A stretch of 64,000 nucleotides of DNA from Lytechinus pictus (Eukaryota): the NCBI RefSeq assembly GCF_037042905.1, contig NC_087251.1, positions 34,040,001 to 34,104,000 on the forward strand, written 5' to 3'. Positions within the stretch are counted from its first letter, which is position 1, and each line of letters starts with the position of its first letter. The notes beneath the pieces are model-generated. The model searched no databases and was not told where the DNA came from. It was given only the letters and a program-made list of their open reading frames with translations. Position numbers and translations under genes: made by a program. This document shows positions 24,628 to 37,718 of the stretch, in pieces.

Positions 24628-27600
24628 CTGAAGCCTCCAGCCAGGCTAGAGCCAAGTAGCCAACGGAGTTCAGCGGAACAGCCAACATAACAGAGACCGA
24701 AGCTTTTGGTCTAAGTTAGAGAGGCCGAAGAGGTCGCGCGAGGACGAGGAGCGCGAGTGCAGCTCCCAGTCGGGAGAGAAATTATAATCGAATTATGAGG
24801 AAAATTTGAATATATAGACACCTTTTATTCTAACAAAGCATTGGGAGATACAAATCTAGTAAATCAATTTCATTATTATCTTCGAAATGTGAACAAATAA
24901 ACGATTCTTACCAAGAACATGAGGTAAACACAGCGACCAGAGATGCCGACACAGCAGGAAGATAGAAGAATAATTTGATCAAATCACCGCCCTTATGGTG
25001 TCGTCAAACAGATTGTTTCTTGGTACTTGGTATGATGTTCCTCCGAAATACTCCAAGAAGAGTTTTAACTGGAGGTGTGCCGGAGAGTGTGGTCTAGTTT
25101 TTGTAACAAAGTAGTATTTTTTACTATATAGCATCGGAATAACCATTAACATTTAGGGCTTACTAAATGGGGAAGGAAAATCTAGTCAATGATTCATTTA
25201 TATATTCAATGAAGTTTCTCATTTTCAGATTATTAGCTAGATCATCTTTTTTTCCAGTAACTAACTTATTTTTTTCAAAAAACAAAACTATATAATGAAA
25301 AGACTTAAGTAATAGCTCAGTATTAGGCTAGCGGTCTGAAAATTATGATTTTTTTCCATGAAAAATGCATGGGCTTCATTAGTATTTTGAATTTTTAAAA
25401 TGAATTTTCATCTACGCAATTCATTTCACTTTACTTTAATTTGGCTTACACAGAGTAGCCTTATTCCTGAAAAAAAAAAGTATTTTGAATCCATGATATT
25501 TCAAGAATATTGTGTTCACCTGCCTTTGGGAGATCTCTGTACAATATTGTACCTTGTTCATTGATAAATTAAGCTTCACACAACTGACAAATTTACTACT
25601 TTTGATCGGCGCAAGGAGCCATAGATCATGGCAAAATTATTTTTGTAATTCTTATATTTTAAGTAATTTTATTTGAAATTCAATGTGAACTTCCATAATA
25701 AAATGACAGCATTTGGACTTTTATTGTACTGCTATAATATCAACTACTTCATATAACTGTAAAATGTCAGTGATGCCATTGAGACAATTGAGACAAGAAA
25801 TAAATTTAGTGTTTGTGAACCCATTATGAAAAAAATATAGGCAAGTCTACCAGCTTGCAAAATGATTTGCGTCACTTTCAGTTTGGTATATTTCAGAGGT
25901 GTACATAGCGGTATGGGGGGGGGGGATCGATCGAGGATGCATTCCAAAACTTCCCAGGTGGGGGATGATGTGTACAATCATCCACCCCCCAGTTGAATGA
26001 TACAAACTTAGTCATCAGGTGCGTTGATCCCCCGGTTGTATAGGATGGGGGGGGGGGCAAAGATGCAAAAATACCAAATTATAATACAGAATTTTACATA
26101 GTGCAGCAAAATAATTGAAGATTGTGTACATTAAAAGTATTTTTATGCCAAATCTAATGGTTTTATAGTGCTCTCCAATGCATTCTATAACATATAATCG
26201 CATTGCATATCAAAGTTTTTTTTCAAGTCGTCATATAATTATTAGGGGGCAATCAATGTTTGTCCCCCATTCTTTTTATTGAGGGTGATTGCCCCCTGCC
26301 CCCAAGGATCGAGGCCTCTGATTGCATTATCATCATTAATATTATCATCAATATTGTCATACATTATAAATCGAAATCAAGTCAGAAAGGTTTAAAAAAT
26401 TTCCTCTCGCTCACTTTGCTCGCTCTCAATATTCTTGTCTAAATAATAGGTAGGAGGGTATATGTACACATAAACTTATTATATAAGCACTTACACAAAC
26501 ATACACACACTTTCACACTCACACATACAGAAACACCCTCACACCAAATGACATGGGGGCTTTGAGGGCATGCCCAAAACAAGAAAGAAATTCCACAATC
26601 GAGAAAAAGTAAAATCAATCACAAACTAAGATTTTCATTTTGAAAAGTAAAAATTTTTGTTCACTTGCTAATTTTATAATTTTAAGTAAGTTTTAGCCCA
26701 TATACTATGTTCTGCACCCATAAATTATGCACAGCACACACTCATATATGCACTAACACGCATGAATAAAGTACACATCATGGAGATGGCCAATACGGAA
26801 TCCATCCCCCCCCCCCCCCCCCAAGTATGAAGACCTATCCATGCCACTGGTTTATTTTACATTTCACAACTGGGTACACTTCGTTTCAACAAATTACTCA
26901 AACAGATGTTGATAAATGAAATAAATAGATATATGAAGACAATAAATACAATGAAAATATTTTACGAAATTGAGAAGTTAACACAACTAAATTTAGTAAG
27001 ATCATAGATGAAAAATATGTGATGTTAAGTATGCAGGGATGGCGCCAGGTTATTGTGATGGGGCGGGGGGGGGGGGTGCCTAAATCCTAAAGATCATATT
27101 AATTTTTATTTCAATTGAATTATAGGGGTACTTTGGAGTTACATGGCCAAGAAACCTAGATTTTAATTGTCCTTTATATAATCTTCTCTGTTATTTTTTT
27201 CCCTTTTCTCCCCCTTTTTGCAGTACTGAAGAGAACATGAAGAGGGAGGGGGGCATTAAATCCCCCATGGCACCGTCCCTGGAGATATGAAACAAGTAAT
27301 AGTATACATAGAAACATACAAAGCATGAGTATAGAACAATATAGAACAATTTTCTGTGCCCCTCCCTCCATTATGAAATGAAGGATCAAATTGCACTATA
27401 AGGGTTTCCATTTTCAAATATTTTATTGGCAAAATCTTACACAGAAAAAATGAATAACTGAGTTATCTTTTATCATTTTATGACAAAAGTTATGATCATA
27501 CCAATATGGATTGTCAGATAATAAATGATAAAAATATTGGCTAACTTTATATATTTCCATACATTCATACATATTATAGTACATCAGACTCTTGCGGTGT

Positions 27601-28023
27601 ACAACCATCTCTGTTAATTATAGTCATTAATTGGAGATATCACAATACAAAAATACTACATCATATGTATAACATATGACTGGAAATAAATGAACAAATA
27701 AACTAAAATAGCATCATGATGATGAATACTTATCTGGATTCAGAATGTGTAGAAAGTTTCAATACTGCCAGCTATTTTCCCCTGGGTTTACAGGTGGGGA
27801 GGGTGTGGGGGCTTACTAAGTCTCACAATCCCATCAAAGTGAGGCTGGGGCCTAAAACGCGTTTTATCAATATTGAGTCAGCATAAAAAGTAAAACTTTA
27901 TGTCTCCATCATTGCTAAACCAAGAATATATTACACACCTATCTTCTAAAATTTATGATGGAACTAAATTAAAACCACAACAGAACGTCATGAAATAATA
28001 CTGGGAAGGATGAAATTCTTTAA

Positions 28024-28338
28024 CAGGGTTCCCACAGAAATTTGAAAACAGAATACCATGATTTTTCCTTGACTAAATTGCTGCTTTCCATGACTTCCTG
28101 TGACATCCTGGGAGTTATGTAGAATTCGGGATGTCACAAAACTGGGAAAAATGGAAATCATGAACACCAATTATAATAGCAGAGTATAATCACAGAGTGT
28201 AGTGAGACACGACAAACTGGAAAGCTGCCATAGCCAAGAGGTAAATGCAATTCCATGACTTTTCACAAATTTTCCAAATTCCCTGACTTTCCATGACCAC
28301 AAATTTTTCCAGGATTTTCCATGACTGTGGGAACCCTG
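28024..28338. mobile_element. hAT-like MITE
   Basis: 14-bp TIR CAGGGTTCCCACAG / CTGTGGGAACCCTG and repeated TTCCATGAC motifs; TSD not conserved. Confidence 0.7.
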
Positions 28339-29144
28339 TTTAAAAGGAATAAAAAGAATGGAAGCCATTCCCTTCACACACAAATAATAAAAATGCCCAT
28401 CTTTATGGAAAAAATTGGGAAATACCATTAGTTAATATTGAGATCAAAGATCAAGGTTTGATTATGATTTTTTTTTCAAAGGTTCATTTGATTCAGACGA
28501 GGTGATAAACTGAAACTACCCACAGTGATGGACCCAAATATACAATGAAAATAAAATGCACTGCAGAAACAGAATCCTTATGAAAACATACTGTTTTTTA
28601 AGGCAAATATCAATGGATGTCGCTAAGCACTTGGCATTTCATAGAAATTGGACAAGTAAATATGATATACATAAGAAAATGAATATCACAATAAAAAATC
28701 AAAGAAAACAAATGATACATACAACTCTAATAAAAAAGTTCAAGTAATTTTTGTTTCGGAAAAAGAAATCAACCACTATTCCTCCCTTTAAAGCTAGCAG
28801 TTCCTTAAATAACTTTAAGTAATAGATGAAACTGCGATTATAATTGAATAAACCACTTAATAGTACATTTAAACTCTGAATCGTTTTAAAAGAAATTACC
28901 CATAGCCACGGTCTTGTCCTTCCTAATTTGCCCTAAAATATTGAAATTTAAGGCCTGAATCCAGTTACTAGAAATACTCGCAATAAAAATAAACTACACA
29001 TAACAAGAGCAATTACTTTATAAGTACATATATTTTTTACAAGTACAATAGGAGGAAATCCCATAGCCATACAGAATATGAATTCCATATTGTTGTTCCT
29101 ATCAGTCACTGTGAATTAAATAACTTTGTGGGCGAGAGAAGACG

Positions 29145-32100
29145 TTACCGTCCTACTTTTCCAAGCCGTTGATCAGTCTTTGGATTAGCAGTCAGTGACT
29201 GGACTGCAACTATTGTTTCATTGATCTTAGTTTGAAGGTCTCGTAATTCGTTGATGTGAAGAAGTCGTAAAATCCTTCCGGCATCATTCATAACTGGATC
29301 TATGAATTATAGAGAAAGATAATGAAGGAAAGTAAAGTTTACAGAGAAAAAAATTAGAAAAGTGAATTATCATTTGTTCTTGTCATATTTGTGTCTAATG
29401 CCCACTGGATCTTCTTCAACATAATGTGATCCCATTTCATCTGTAGTTATAATCAATCAAATGAATTATTTGGGATTACTTTTACAATTAGCTCTTTAAC
29501 ATTTTGTAAATTCCACTTAGACTATGCCTCTTCGGTCTGACCGACACAGGGAGGTCTGTCATCAAATGTGTTTTAAATAGCTAGTCTTTAAACTTACATT
29601 TTTAGAAACTGTATAATATTCCAGAGTATAAAGTCGCCTATAATTTTATTTGTAAAGGGAGACACTAAAACATTTTGAGGGAAAAGTTCAAAGTGATCGA
29701 AAACTCCATATAAGCACTGCAATTTTCCTGGGATCACACTTGTAGTTCTATTGATTTATCCTTAATCTTCCATGCGCTTGGGATTTATCTTTCATTTTTC
29801 TTTGATTTTGCAATTTTCTCTCACTGCCCTTGCTATTTTGAATGTCGTAAGAAAGAGTGATCCACCAACGAGCCTCTCATGATAAAGAATATTGGTGGCA
29901 TACATATGTATTATGAAATGCACATATTGAAAAAGGCACATACCTTTTGCATCGAATCCTACTTCATATTCGCTGAGGTCCACCTCCACCCCCTGCAATG
30001 TGAAAATATTTTTAAAATAATAAAAACACGAAAGGTATGCAATTATTTCAATCATCAAAATGGTAACAAATGGGCTAAGAAAACAATTATCAGATGACTT
30101 TTTTTTAATTTGATCATTTCTTTTAAAGGTTCAATATTCCAAATGAAATAAGGCTCATTATTCCACAGGTTTAATAGTCAGAAAACAAGATTTGTACAGT
30201 TCATCAGTTATTTTTGTACTCACAAATCTTATTATTTCATATTTGGATTATTGAACCTTGCGAATAATGAACCTAATTTCATTAATGAACCTTCGGAATA
30301 ACAAACATTATCATATTGTTGGATCGATAAACCTTAAACATGATAAACCCTATTCCCGTTTCCGATTAACAAACCTTTATAATTATGTCACAAATTTTCA
30401 TTTTTTGATCAGTAAACATCTTAGTACATTCAATCTGCTTCTTTTGGAATAAGGAGCGTATACCATAGTAACATATCAGCAAACATGCACTTTTTCTCAG
30501 CATTGATTAAATTTAACTCTGAATTTTGCCAAATTTCAATCACAAAAATGTAGCACCTTAATTAATACCAGTCTCATCAGACATCATGGAACCTCTTTGA
30601 CCCGAATTCACAAAGGTGGTTTTGAAAACCCATGGTTGAATCCATGGTTTATGCAGATTTCCTGTATAAATTACGCTTAATTTAGCACGTATCAAACGCG
30701 TGTATAAAAAATTCCAATGCTGATGCGCGCTTTTGTCACAGTGCGCCAATTTGATACCCGTTACCATGGTTAGATACGCTATTTTATTCATGAGTCCACT
30801 GTTTGAAGAGTGAACTCATTAATTCAAAACAGTGGACTCATTAATAAAATAGCGTACTTAGCCATGGCGCACTGTGTCAAAAGCGCGCAACAGCATTGGA
30901 CATTTTCTAATATACGCGGTAAAATAAGCATAATTTATACAGGAAATCTGCATAAACCATGGACTCAACCGTGGGTTTTCAAAACCACCTTTGTGTTTTC
31001 GCTTTGATCTCATCAAAGTACTGAAGCATATTCATGGTTTATTTCCAATTGGTCTAATGCCAATTCGTCCAATTGCCAACTCGTCTACTATCATTTGGTC
31101 TACCATTAGTTCGTCCACTCATCATATCGTCTAATAACCAGTTGGTCCAATAGCCATTTAATCCATATACCATTTGGTCTAAATGGACTAAGTGTTAATT
31201 GTGCAAAATGAATGAAAATAAAATGGATACTAGACCAACTGATTATGAGACAAAATGGTCATAGACGAAATGGTGATTAGACAAATTGATGATTGGACCA
31301 AATGGTTGTCAGACGAAATGTTGATAGACGGAATGGTATTAGACTAAATGAATGTAGACCATGTGGTTCGTCCACTATCCACATAGTCTACTTGCCAATT
31401 CGTCCACTCACTATTTCGTTGAATAACCAGTTGGTCCAATAGCCATATACCACTTGGTCTAATTGGACTAAGTGTTAATTGTGCAAAATTAATAAAAATA
31501 AAATGGATATCAGACCAACTGGTTATGAGACGAAATGGTCATAGACGAAATGGTGATTAGACGAATTGACGATTGGACCAAATGGTTATTGGACCAAATG
31601 GTTATTGGCTCAAATGGTTGTTAGATGAAATATTGATGGATGGAATGGAATTAGACTAAATGAATGTAGACCATGTGGTGAGTGGACGAGTTGGCAGTAG
31701 ACAATTTGGCAATTTACCTCCATGATGAACTCAAATTAGTTATCAATCCATACAATCTAAAGCTATATTTCAACCATTAGCAAATATTTCTGTTGCTAAC
31801 TTCAGTCAATTGTGAGAATACATCATGAAAAGCTTTGAGATGGAACAAAATAGGGGAAATATATACAATGTCAATTATGACTTAAATTCAGGTGTCACAT
31901 TCCACACATATTTGTAAATTAAACTTTGACAAACTGGAAGTTTCCTTACATGACTGCACAAGGACTTGTGTGAGTATGTTGAAAGAGAATGGTACATTCA
32001 AATCAGTTCAATTTATAAGAACCACTCAAATCTAATACCCAAATTCACAAAGGTGTGTTAAATTTTTTTGACCTGAACTAATTTAACTGGGGTAACTTAC

Positions 32101-35100
32101 CCTGTGGATTATAGTTAACCCAAGCTAAATAATGGGTCAACTAACCGTGTGAGTTATAAATCAATGATCACTTCACAAAAGATGGGTTAAGTAACACTCC
32201 AGGGATTAAATTTAATCCATGATGTCAAAGGACAAAATTTAACCCATGGGTTAAGTGAATTCACCTTCCTGAATTCAGGCCTAGTCATTTACATGATTGT
32301 CTGTACATATTTTTGTGCATAAATAGAAAATGACATTCTTATGTTACAGTTCAATCACTGGAAATCTGTCTAATACCTCTTCAAGTACCCCTTCCTGTGC
32401 ATCATCGGAGAGTCTGTCTTTGATGAGAAGAGCAATGGCTTCCAAAGTCACAATAGGATCCACGTGTCTGGGAATCTTGAGTAGTGAACACAAGGATACC
32501 AGGCCCACCTTCACATTTGGACTAGAAACTGTAGGAAATAAAACATGGTTGCTCTCATTCATTACTCGCTCATGTGCACAATCTGAACACAGCCGTTCAA
32601 AATGAAGTTTTCAGTGTTTTGTGTTCGTCTGAAAATTAAAGTTATATCATTTTCAGTTTGGAGTATCCATTTAAGACTAGAAATTTGGCGTGTCCAAAAG
32701 ACACAGATGCCCCCGCTTAACGCGGTCAGAAATTCATTCAATATGATTGAACTTAATATCGAGCAGAAACCAATATGCATATATATAATGAACAAATTTA
32801 GACCTTTGAACCAACTTTTATATATATTATGAGCTGTGACCTTTGACCTGCAGACTCCGAATTCGAACTTAGCCTGTTTTTGGTGTCATCTACCTACACA
32901 CCCAAATTTTTTAAAATCAATTAAATATTTTTCGAGTTATTGCGCGGAAACCAATTCGCATATTTAATGAGCTATGACCTTTGACCTGCGGACTCCGAAT
33001 TCAAACTTAGCCTGTATTTTGGTGTCATCTACCTACACACCAAATTTTTTTTTTAATCCATTAAATATTTTTGAGTTATTGCGCGGAAACCAAGTGGGGG
33101 ACGGACGGAAGGACGGACAGGGGCAACGCTTAATGCCCCCTCCGGACTTCGTCTGCAGGGGCATGAAAAGGAAAAGTAAAGTATGGGTTCATCTACTGAT
33201 GAAGAAACAAAATGGTAAAAAGAAATATGTACTTCATAAAAGTCTTTAGGTTCTATAAAGACAGTTGTGATTGATCAAACTCAATCTCCTCTATGAAAAG
33301 CAAGTCAGGGTTCCCCCCCCCCCCAATGGTAGCGGGTCAAGCTGGGTTAGATACAATACAATTTCAGGGGGTGTAATATTTGTGCATTACAATCTGGATT
33401 ACAAGCTGGATTCACACCTGTGCCCCGAGCAGCGCGCATTTCTGAGAAACGGCACTGAGACAGTGCTAGTTTTCTACAATCGATATTGATTTCAACCAAT
33501 CATAGCCTATCACTTAATAGTTCTTGATTTTTACCATCAATACTTGCAAAGGGGTCTTCCGCCATAGTTCCTGAAGGAGTCTTAGATGGTGCTCCTATTC
33601 CTTTATAAATTTGTGCTGTAAGATAAAAATAAACATCCAGTAAAATTGTTAATTTCTCAAGACAGCTCAGATACAATCAAGGCCAGTGTACAAGCAACTA
33701 AGAGACCATTGTCTTTAAGTCCTATTCAAGGGACCTGGTATTGAGGATTAATGCCTTCCCATAGGGGATTGATGCACTGACCCAATTCTTAAACCTTCTA
33801 ATCCAAGCTGTTTTGTGCATCATTACGGTCGTGAGTTGTGAAAATGGTATGTTAATATTCAAATTTGACATTTGCTCCTGCATCAATTGCTCCGATGGAA
33901 ATTCTGCACGTTAAGCAAAACATAAAACCTAACCTCAAAAAACCAAATAAACCCTAATCCTTATTGTTACATTATTCTGAACCAAAAACTCTGTTACAAT
34001 CCTAACTCTAACCTAACCTTACTCTAATCTGAAATATTAAGACAAGTGTTCCAGGAGCACATGTTGTGTCACTGTGGGTAATGGCTTTACAAAACACCCA
34101 CCCAGTCTAATTGATACGTTTATTTTCATCATTTAGAGAGGAATTTGTGTTACCCTTTTCTCCATACTCCAATCGAACGGCATGACCAAGAATCCAATCA
34201 CACACTGCCAATCTATCACTGCCATCCAATGGACATTGTAAGTCTTGGATATACTGAAAAGAAAATGTAGAGGTACAGTAAAGAAAAGTAAACAAGGAAG
34301 ATTTTCATTGTCAGAGTTGCAGTTGTTGATACTATCGCCTAGTCATTATCATCATTATAATAATTGGTATTAGTATTAATAATCATCATCAATCATTATC
34401 ATCACCACCATTATCATCATCATAATAAATATTGTTGAGTGTTGTTGGTGTTTGATAATGATGATAATGATGATCATCATCAATCAGATCAACTTCATTA
34501 GCATCATCATTACTATCATCTTCGTCACTGTCATCATCATCATCACCATCATCATCGTCATCATCGATTGGATCAGCTTCATTAGCATCATCATTACGAT
34601 CATCTTCATCATTGTCATCATCATCTCCTTCATCATCTTCATCCCCATCATCATCATACTTTTACAAATATTTACTGATCTTTATAGTTAGGAGTCATAA
34701 ACAAGGCACTGTGTGAATAACTACTCTCAACTGAAATTACATAGAATGAATTTATTGTATTATGTTGACAAATGTCAATCAAGACTAATGGTCTTACTTT
34801 AATGAATGCTTTTGGCCACTGCGTGCTGCTCTTGTTCCTTAGAGCAGCTCTATCTTCAATCTTATACAAGCGAACCTTCTGATCTTCTAGCCATTCAACT
34901 AGATTCCGCCATTTATTCTCATCTGTCAGTCAAGGTGGAAAAGAGAGAAAAAAAGAGATAAAAATTATTATTTATCAAAAATAATAAAATTGGAAACTTG
35001 ATTATAAATAATTACTATTGTAATAATAATTATTATAATCAACTTTCAAATTTTTTTATTTGTTAAATAATAATTTTTATCTATAAATTGTTTTTCAAAA

Positions 35101-36332
35101 CGGCATTTTGTCACACCGCTTATCGAAGCTACGTCGAAACGAAGCGGTTCAACATGTTCAAGGGTCAAGCCTATTCTTGTGCGGTGTTTACGAATGAATC
35201 GAGGGATCTACACGAGATCGGTCTGGTAAGAAACCTCTAATTTTTCACATTTATTCTGTTTTTTTGCACCTTCATACGCATTAGCCATTAGGCATACTAT
35301 ACAGTGTAGATAAATAAAATCAAACAAATTTATGTGCCTATGGCAAGGGTTTCAAGGCTTCGTAGTGAATAAGTATATGTCAAACTATTAGAAAATATCA
35401 TCACGAAGTCCTCAGGGCCGGCTAAGGCAGGGCAAGCCAAACCACGCCACTTGAGGCAATTTATATTGGCAATGCAATTATTTGATGTTATAAAATAGGT
35501 GTATTATTTCAAGCATCGTGATTGGCCAATATGCGTCACATGACATCCAACTTTTTTTGTGCACTGCACGGCAGTGCAAAAGGTGCGCAACGAAAATTGA
35601 CATTGCACGCTCAAGCAGACTAGTGCGGTAGAAGTCCAACAAAATTGTATACCCAGTTGTGTGTCCGGACAGCGGACAGGTTGTGTGTCCGGACGATCAA
35701 TTTTAGAAAGTCATTTGGAAAAATTTAAAAGCAGTTTCATCAATTTTTAGTACAAAATGTTAGGAAATATTATTATAATTATACAGAACAAAATGGAAGA
35801 TGATTACAACTATTATTGAAATCATATTTTTAGTGTAGGCCCTAATCCAAAGACAAAAAAGAAGGCTTGAAAAATATAAAGTGTCCAGACACCCGACCCC
35901 CCCCCCCCCCCCCCCCATCCTACTGAATTCTGAAACTTTTTAAGAATTTGTTTGTCATGTTTGTGTTGCTATTTTATAAAACAAATAATGCACTTTGATC
36001 TGTCGTGCATAAAAGTAAATGCAGAAAAAGCTTGGTTTCTTCAGGTGGTGCACACTGGGCACTCCCCCTCAGCGGCTCGTGCATAGTGCAGCACCTATCT
36101 AAAAAAAGACTAAAGAAACCTCGCATCCTCTGCATTTCCACTAACGCACTCGGCTGCATGCATTATTTGTATAACATTGTCAATATCCAACAAAACTTTT
36201 CACATGTGGGACCGAGATAGAAAAAGGGTTTTTAATATCATTGAGACATTTATCAAGCGAATCAGAATAATTACCACAAACATTGCAATCCGGCTGCGGA
36301 TAGTTCAGCGCTTGCAGCTTTCTCCTAAACAT
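29145..36332 (-). CDS. RTRAF: RNA transcription, translation and transport factor (C14orf166/CGI-99/hCLE; tRNA ligase complex subunit), 7 exons, 239 aa
   Basis: Exons 36332-36275, 34922-34798, 34253-34154, 33615-33535, 32528-32377, 29992-29944, 29299-29145 (720 nt, phases consistent). MFRRKLQALNY..., WLEDQKVRLYKIEDR, DWILGHAVRLEYG and LRLLHINELRDLQTKINE...PKTDQRLGKVGR* match recalled human RTRAF. Confidence 0.95.
30609..30994. mobile_element. Fold-back MITE with ~200-bp inverted arms
   Basis: CACAAAGGTGGTTTTGAAAACCC... mirrored by ...GGGTTTTCAAAACCACCTTTGTG, centre near 30810. Confidence 0.8.
31040..31720. repeat. Satellite-like repeat element of [A/G]GACCAAATGG units with an internal ~300-bp duplication
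   Basis: ~15-bp units in inverted halves; 31107-31365 is repeated at about 31400-31680. A degenerate relative lies at ~3150-3450. Confidence 0.75.
32676..33168 (+). mobile_element. Helentron/HINE (DINE-1-like) non-autonomous element
   Basis: 5' ACTAG...ATGCCCC, two ~138-bp internal tandem units, (GGAC)n microsatellite, 3' hairpin ATGCCCC...GGGGCAT followed by A-rich sequence. Confidence 0.65.
34343..34657. repeat. Degenerate (CAT)n microsatellite, intronic
   Basis: Directly visible in RTRAF intron 2. Confidence 0.9.
35652..35920 (+). mobile_element. TA-flanked repeat without TIRs (copy 1)
   Basis: TA|CCCAGTTG...CCCCATCC|TA; reverse-complement copy at 42984-43200. Confidence 0.75.
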
Positions 36333-36730
36333 ATTAAAAGTGAAAATGACAGAATATGGATTAAAACAGGTTGGTAAAAGTAAATAATTGTATGACTTCT
36401 TATGACTGAATCGACAGCACTGCACTCGTAACTCGCGTTGACGATTTCATCGGTCGAGCGCCAGCTTGCGACAAAATATTGTCGGATTTCTTTTTTTCTT
36501 TCTTTTTTTACAATTGGGAATTTTCTCTTTTTTCCCCCAGTCAAAAATTAGTCAATCGTTGGGTCGTGTCATCGACTGACCTCCCTATGCTAAAAAAAAT
36601 TGACATTTCACTGTATTACCTACTACTTGCTTGATTTTTGCATCTTTACTTTACTTTACGTTTATTTACTTTCCTTTGCTCTACTCCAATCTAAAAACGC
36701 AATATCTCTATGACATACTACTCACAGATC

Positions 36731-36890
36731 TGGGGAGTGTTTCATCAACATTTTCATCCGACAAGTTGTCAGATCTGACATCTTTCTCTGATGTTGATTG
36801 GCTGAGAGGTACTGTTACTATGGTAACTGTCGGATAAAATGGGACTTGTCGGATAAAACGTCCGACAAGTCCTTTCATGAAACGCTCCCC
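36731..36890. mobile_element. Short Harbinger-like MITE upstream of RTRAF
   Basis: CTGGGGAGTGTTTCAT...ATGAAACGCTCCCCAG inverted ends and internal TCCGACAAG repeats. Confidence 0.7.
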
Positions 36891-37718
36891 AGAATACAGA
36901 TCAGTGGCTCTACTCTACCCAACATGGTAACATACTATACTCCAGGGGCGTCCGGGCGGATCCAGCTTTCGTCAATGGGGGGGATTTTCACCCTCATTTT
37001 CCCCGATCGGGTGCTAAAAGTTGATTTTGTTGTTTGCTAATTTTGTTTATTTTTTCATTTTTTGTTTTACTAAAGACTGGAGATCAAAGTACAAAATATT
37101 TTGTTCTTACAAACGCGGTATCTCATTTTGTCTAAATTATGCGAGCTCAAAGCTGAGCTAAAAAGGGGCCTCAGTTGGCCTCAGTACTTATTGAAGAGGA
37201 TAAATTATCTCGCCAATCGAAATGCGAGCGCGAAGCACAGGCTTAAAACTATATTTGATCAGACCTGAAAACTTTACTTTCTGAGCACTTTATGTATCAT
37301 GCCTCTCGGATGGATAGGGCCCGCCTGTGAGCGCGAAGAGCTAGCCAAATTTTGAATATTTCAACCAGCAAAATTGAACAAAGCACGTTTTGATAAAGAA
37401 AAGGATATATCATCTCCAAAAATATATATGTAAGTGTCAAGGAGCGAGCTGTAGGCCTGCAGTACTGGACCGGAGTAACCCACCAATCCTTCCAATATTG
37501 ACTTCAAACATCGGCCTAAATGTATGCACATATATTATGCAGTATAGTAGTTTGATTTTCATAATTATGTTATCTGCTGTTCTTTGATGTCCGTCCTTAT
37601 ATTTGTATTTGATTTATTAGGGCCTACTTTGTATTGTGTTTGAATAAAAATGACCGTAAAAAATTGAATTGAATTAAGTAATTAATTTGATGTAATAGCC
37701 GACCTCCATTCATCTATA

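Noticed and set aside
31040..31720. CRISPR-like array of short repeats
   Set aside because: No unique spacers, degenerate units, no cas genes, eukaryotic context.
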